A program made the position numbers and the translations under genes. This document shows, piece by piece, positions 62,483 to 64,000 of a stretch of DNA of 64,000 bases. The notes beneath the pieces were generated by a model that saw only the letters and a list, made by a program, of their open reading frames with translations, was not told where the DNA came from and made no database searches. How positions within the stretch are numbered: the stretch's first letter is position 1; every line of letters begins with the position of its first letter. The stretch comes from an uncultured Acidimicrobiia bacterium. Lineage in GTDB: Bacteria; Actinomycetota; Acidimicrobiia; IMCC26256; JAENVU01. Location of the stretch: positions 183,187-247,186 of the forward strand of contig CAVVXW010000003.1 in assembly GCA_963752335.1 (NCBI GenBank). Direction: 5' to 3'.

Positions 62483-63670
62483 ATGGCGAAGGAGAAGTTC
62501 GAGCGGACGAAGCCGCACCTGAACATCGGGACCATGGGTCACATCGACCATGGCAAGACCACGCTGACCGCGGCGATCACCCGGGTGCTGGCCGAGAAGA
62601 ACCCGAACGTCACGGCCACCGCGTTCGACATGATCGACAAGGCGCCGGAAGAGAAGGCGCGAGGGATCACGATCAACATCGCGCACGTCGAGTACGAGAC
62701 GGACAACCGTCACTACGCGCACGTCGACATGCCCGGCCACGCCGACTACATCAAGAACATGATCACCGGTGCGGCCCAGGTCGACGGTGCGATCCTCGTG
62801 GTGGCCGCCACCGACGGCCCGATGCCCCAGACTCGTGAGCACGTCCTGCTCGCCCGCCAGGTCGGTGTGCCGTCCATCGTGGTGGCCCTGAACAAGTGCG
62901 ACGCGGTCGAGGACGAGGAGCTGCTCGAGCTGGTCGAGATGGAGGTCCGGGAGCTGCTCAACGAGTACGAGTTCCCGGGCGACGACACCCCGGTGGTGCG
63001 GGTCTCCGCGCTCAAGGCGCTCGAGGGCGACGCAGCCGCCGCCGAGGGAATTGTCGAGTTGATGAACCAGGTCGACTCGTTCATCCCCGAGCCCGTCCGT
63101 GAGCTCGACAAGCCCTTCATGATGGCGATCGAGGACGTGTTCACCATCACGGGTCGCGGGACCGTCGTCACCGGGAAGGTCGAGCAGGGTGTGCTCCACA
63201 CCGGCGACGAGATCGAGATCGTCGGCCTGCGCGACACGCAGAAGACCACCTGCACGGGCGTCGAGATGTTCCGCAAGATCCTCGACCAGGGGCAGGCGGG
63301 CGACAACATCGGTGCCCTGCTCCGCGGTACGAAGAAGGAGGAGGTCGAGCGCGGCCAGGTGCTCGCCAAGCCCGGTTCGATCACCCCGCACACCGACTTC
63401 GAGGCGCAGGTCTACGTGCTCACGAAGGAGGAGGGTGGTCGGCACACCCCGTTCTTCGCCAACTACCACCCGCAGTTCTACTTCCGCACCACCGACGTGA
63501 CGGGCACGATCAACCTGCCCGAAGGGACCGAGATGGTGATGCCGGGCGACAACACCGAGATGACGGTGCAGCTCCAGAAGCCCATCGCCATGGAAGAGGG
63601 TCTGCGGTTCGCCATTCGTGAAGGTGGTCGCACCGTCGGCGCCGGTCGCGTGACCAAGATCCTCAAGTAG
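62483..63670 (+). CDS. tuf: translation elongation factor Tu
   Basis: Frame of ORF 62435..63670 trimmed to ATG 62483 (GGAGCAAGAGGG SD). Begins [32 protein letters not shown]; also DMPGHADY and NKCD. Confidence 0.96.
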   Translation: MAKEKFERTKPHLNIGTMGHIDHGKTTLTAAITRVLAEKNPNVTATAFDMIDKAPEEKARGITINIAHVEYETDNRHYAHVDMPGHADYIKNMITGAAQVDGAILVVAATDGPMPQTREHVLLARQVGVPSIVVALNKCDAVEDEELLELVEMEVRELLNEYEFPGDDTPVVRVSALKALEGDAAAAEGIVELMNQVDSFIPEPVRELDKPFMMAIEDVFTITGRGTVVTGKVEQGVLHTGDEIEIVGLRDTQKTTCTGVEMFRKILDQGQAGDNIGALLRGTKKEEVERGQVLAKPGSITPHTDFEAQVYVLTKEEGGRHTPFFANYHPQFYFRTTDVTGTINLPEGTEMVMPGDNTEMTVQLQKPIAMEEGLRFAIREGGRTVGAGRVTKILK

Positions 63671-63676
63671 GGACCC

Positions 63677-63994
63677 GTGGCCTCACAGAAGATCCGCATC
63701 CGGCTCAAGGCGTACGACCACGAGATCATCGATCAGTCGACGAAGAAGATCGTCGAGACGGTGGTGCGTACGGGGGCGCGGGTGCGGGGTCCCGTCCCGC
63801 TCCCGACCGAGATCCACCGGTACTGCGTGGTACGAGGGCCCCACGTGGACAAGGATTCACGTGAGCACTTCGAGATGAGGATCCACAAGCGCCTGCTCGA
63901 CATCGTCGAGCCTGCGGGCAAGACGGTCGAATCCCTCCAGCGGCTCGATCTCCCCGCCGGGGTCGACATCGAGATCAAGATCCAAGGCGTGTAG
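63677..63994 (+). CDS. rpsJ: 30S ribosomal protein S10
   Basis: ORF 63677..63994 (GTG start). Begins [26 protein letters not shown] and contains RGPVPLPT. Confidence 0.95.
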   Translation: MASQKIRIRLKAYDHEIIDQSTKKIVETVVRTGARVRGPVPLPTEIHRYCVVRGPHVDKDSREHFEMRIHKRLLDIVEPAGKTVESLQRLDLPAGVDIEIKIQGV

Positions 63995-64000
63995 CCGGGG

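Overview
High-GC (about 70%, with third-codon-position GC near 90% in real genes) Actinobacteria-type core chromosome, almost fully coding, with no mobile elements or CRISPR seen. Gene starts were refined from the ORF track by looking for ATGA/GTGA stop-start overlaps, Shine-Dalgarno (SD, ribosome-binding) motifs and family motifs.

Gene content, left to right:
- A partial 4Fe-4S protein and a coupled membrane protein (minus strand).
- A MenJ-like geranylgeranyl reductase, a GT4 glycosyltransferase, a polysaccharide deacetylase and a hypothetical gene.
- A complete 14-gene NADH:quinone oxidoreductase operon, nuoA-N (5577-21006).
- A MOSC-domain gene.
- A second complex-I-like operon with 11 genes, nuoABCDHIJKLMN, which has no nuoEFG (21742-32167).
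- A MidA/NDUFAF7-family methyltransferase directly downstream of the second operon.
- acs, a HAD phosphatase, an MMPL transporter, ppgK, a Na+/H+ antiporter, htpX, a spermidine-synthase-like membrane protein and yajQ.
- The classic translation/transcription locus: tRNA-Tyr, GNAT, tRNA-Thr, tRNA-Met, rpmG, an ECF sigma/anti-sigma pair, tRNA-Trp, secE, nusG, rplK, rplA, rplJ, rplL, rpoB, rpoC, rpsL, rpsG, fusA, tuf, rpsJ.

Most notable observations:
1. A dispersed, structured leader element of about 110 nt lies upstream of rpmG, rplK and (partly) rplA, inside the nuo2 operon, and as a perfect 3 x 111-bp tandem array in front of tuf.
2. The NDUFAF7 homolog sits next to the nuo operon whose NuoD keeps the HRG arginine. 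That arginine is methylated in mitochondria. The NuoD of the 14-subunit operon has Thr at this position.
3. There are at least seven apparent single-nucleotide frame disruptions and one stop-loss. All lie in respiratory, membrane or accessory genes, and most sit at CG-dinucleotide runs. I cannot tell sequencing error from real decay without reads.

All homology calls rest on motif recognition by eye. No database search was run.
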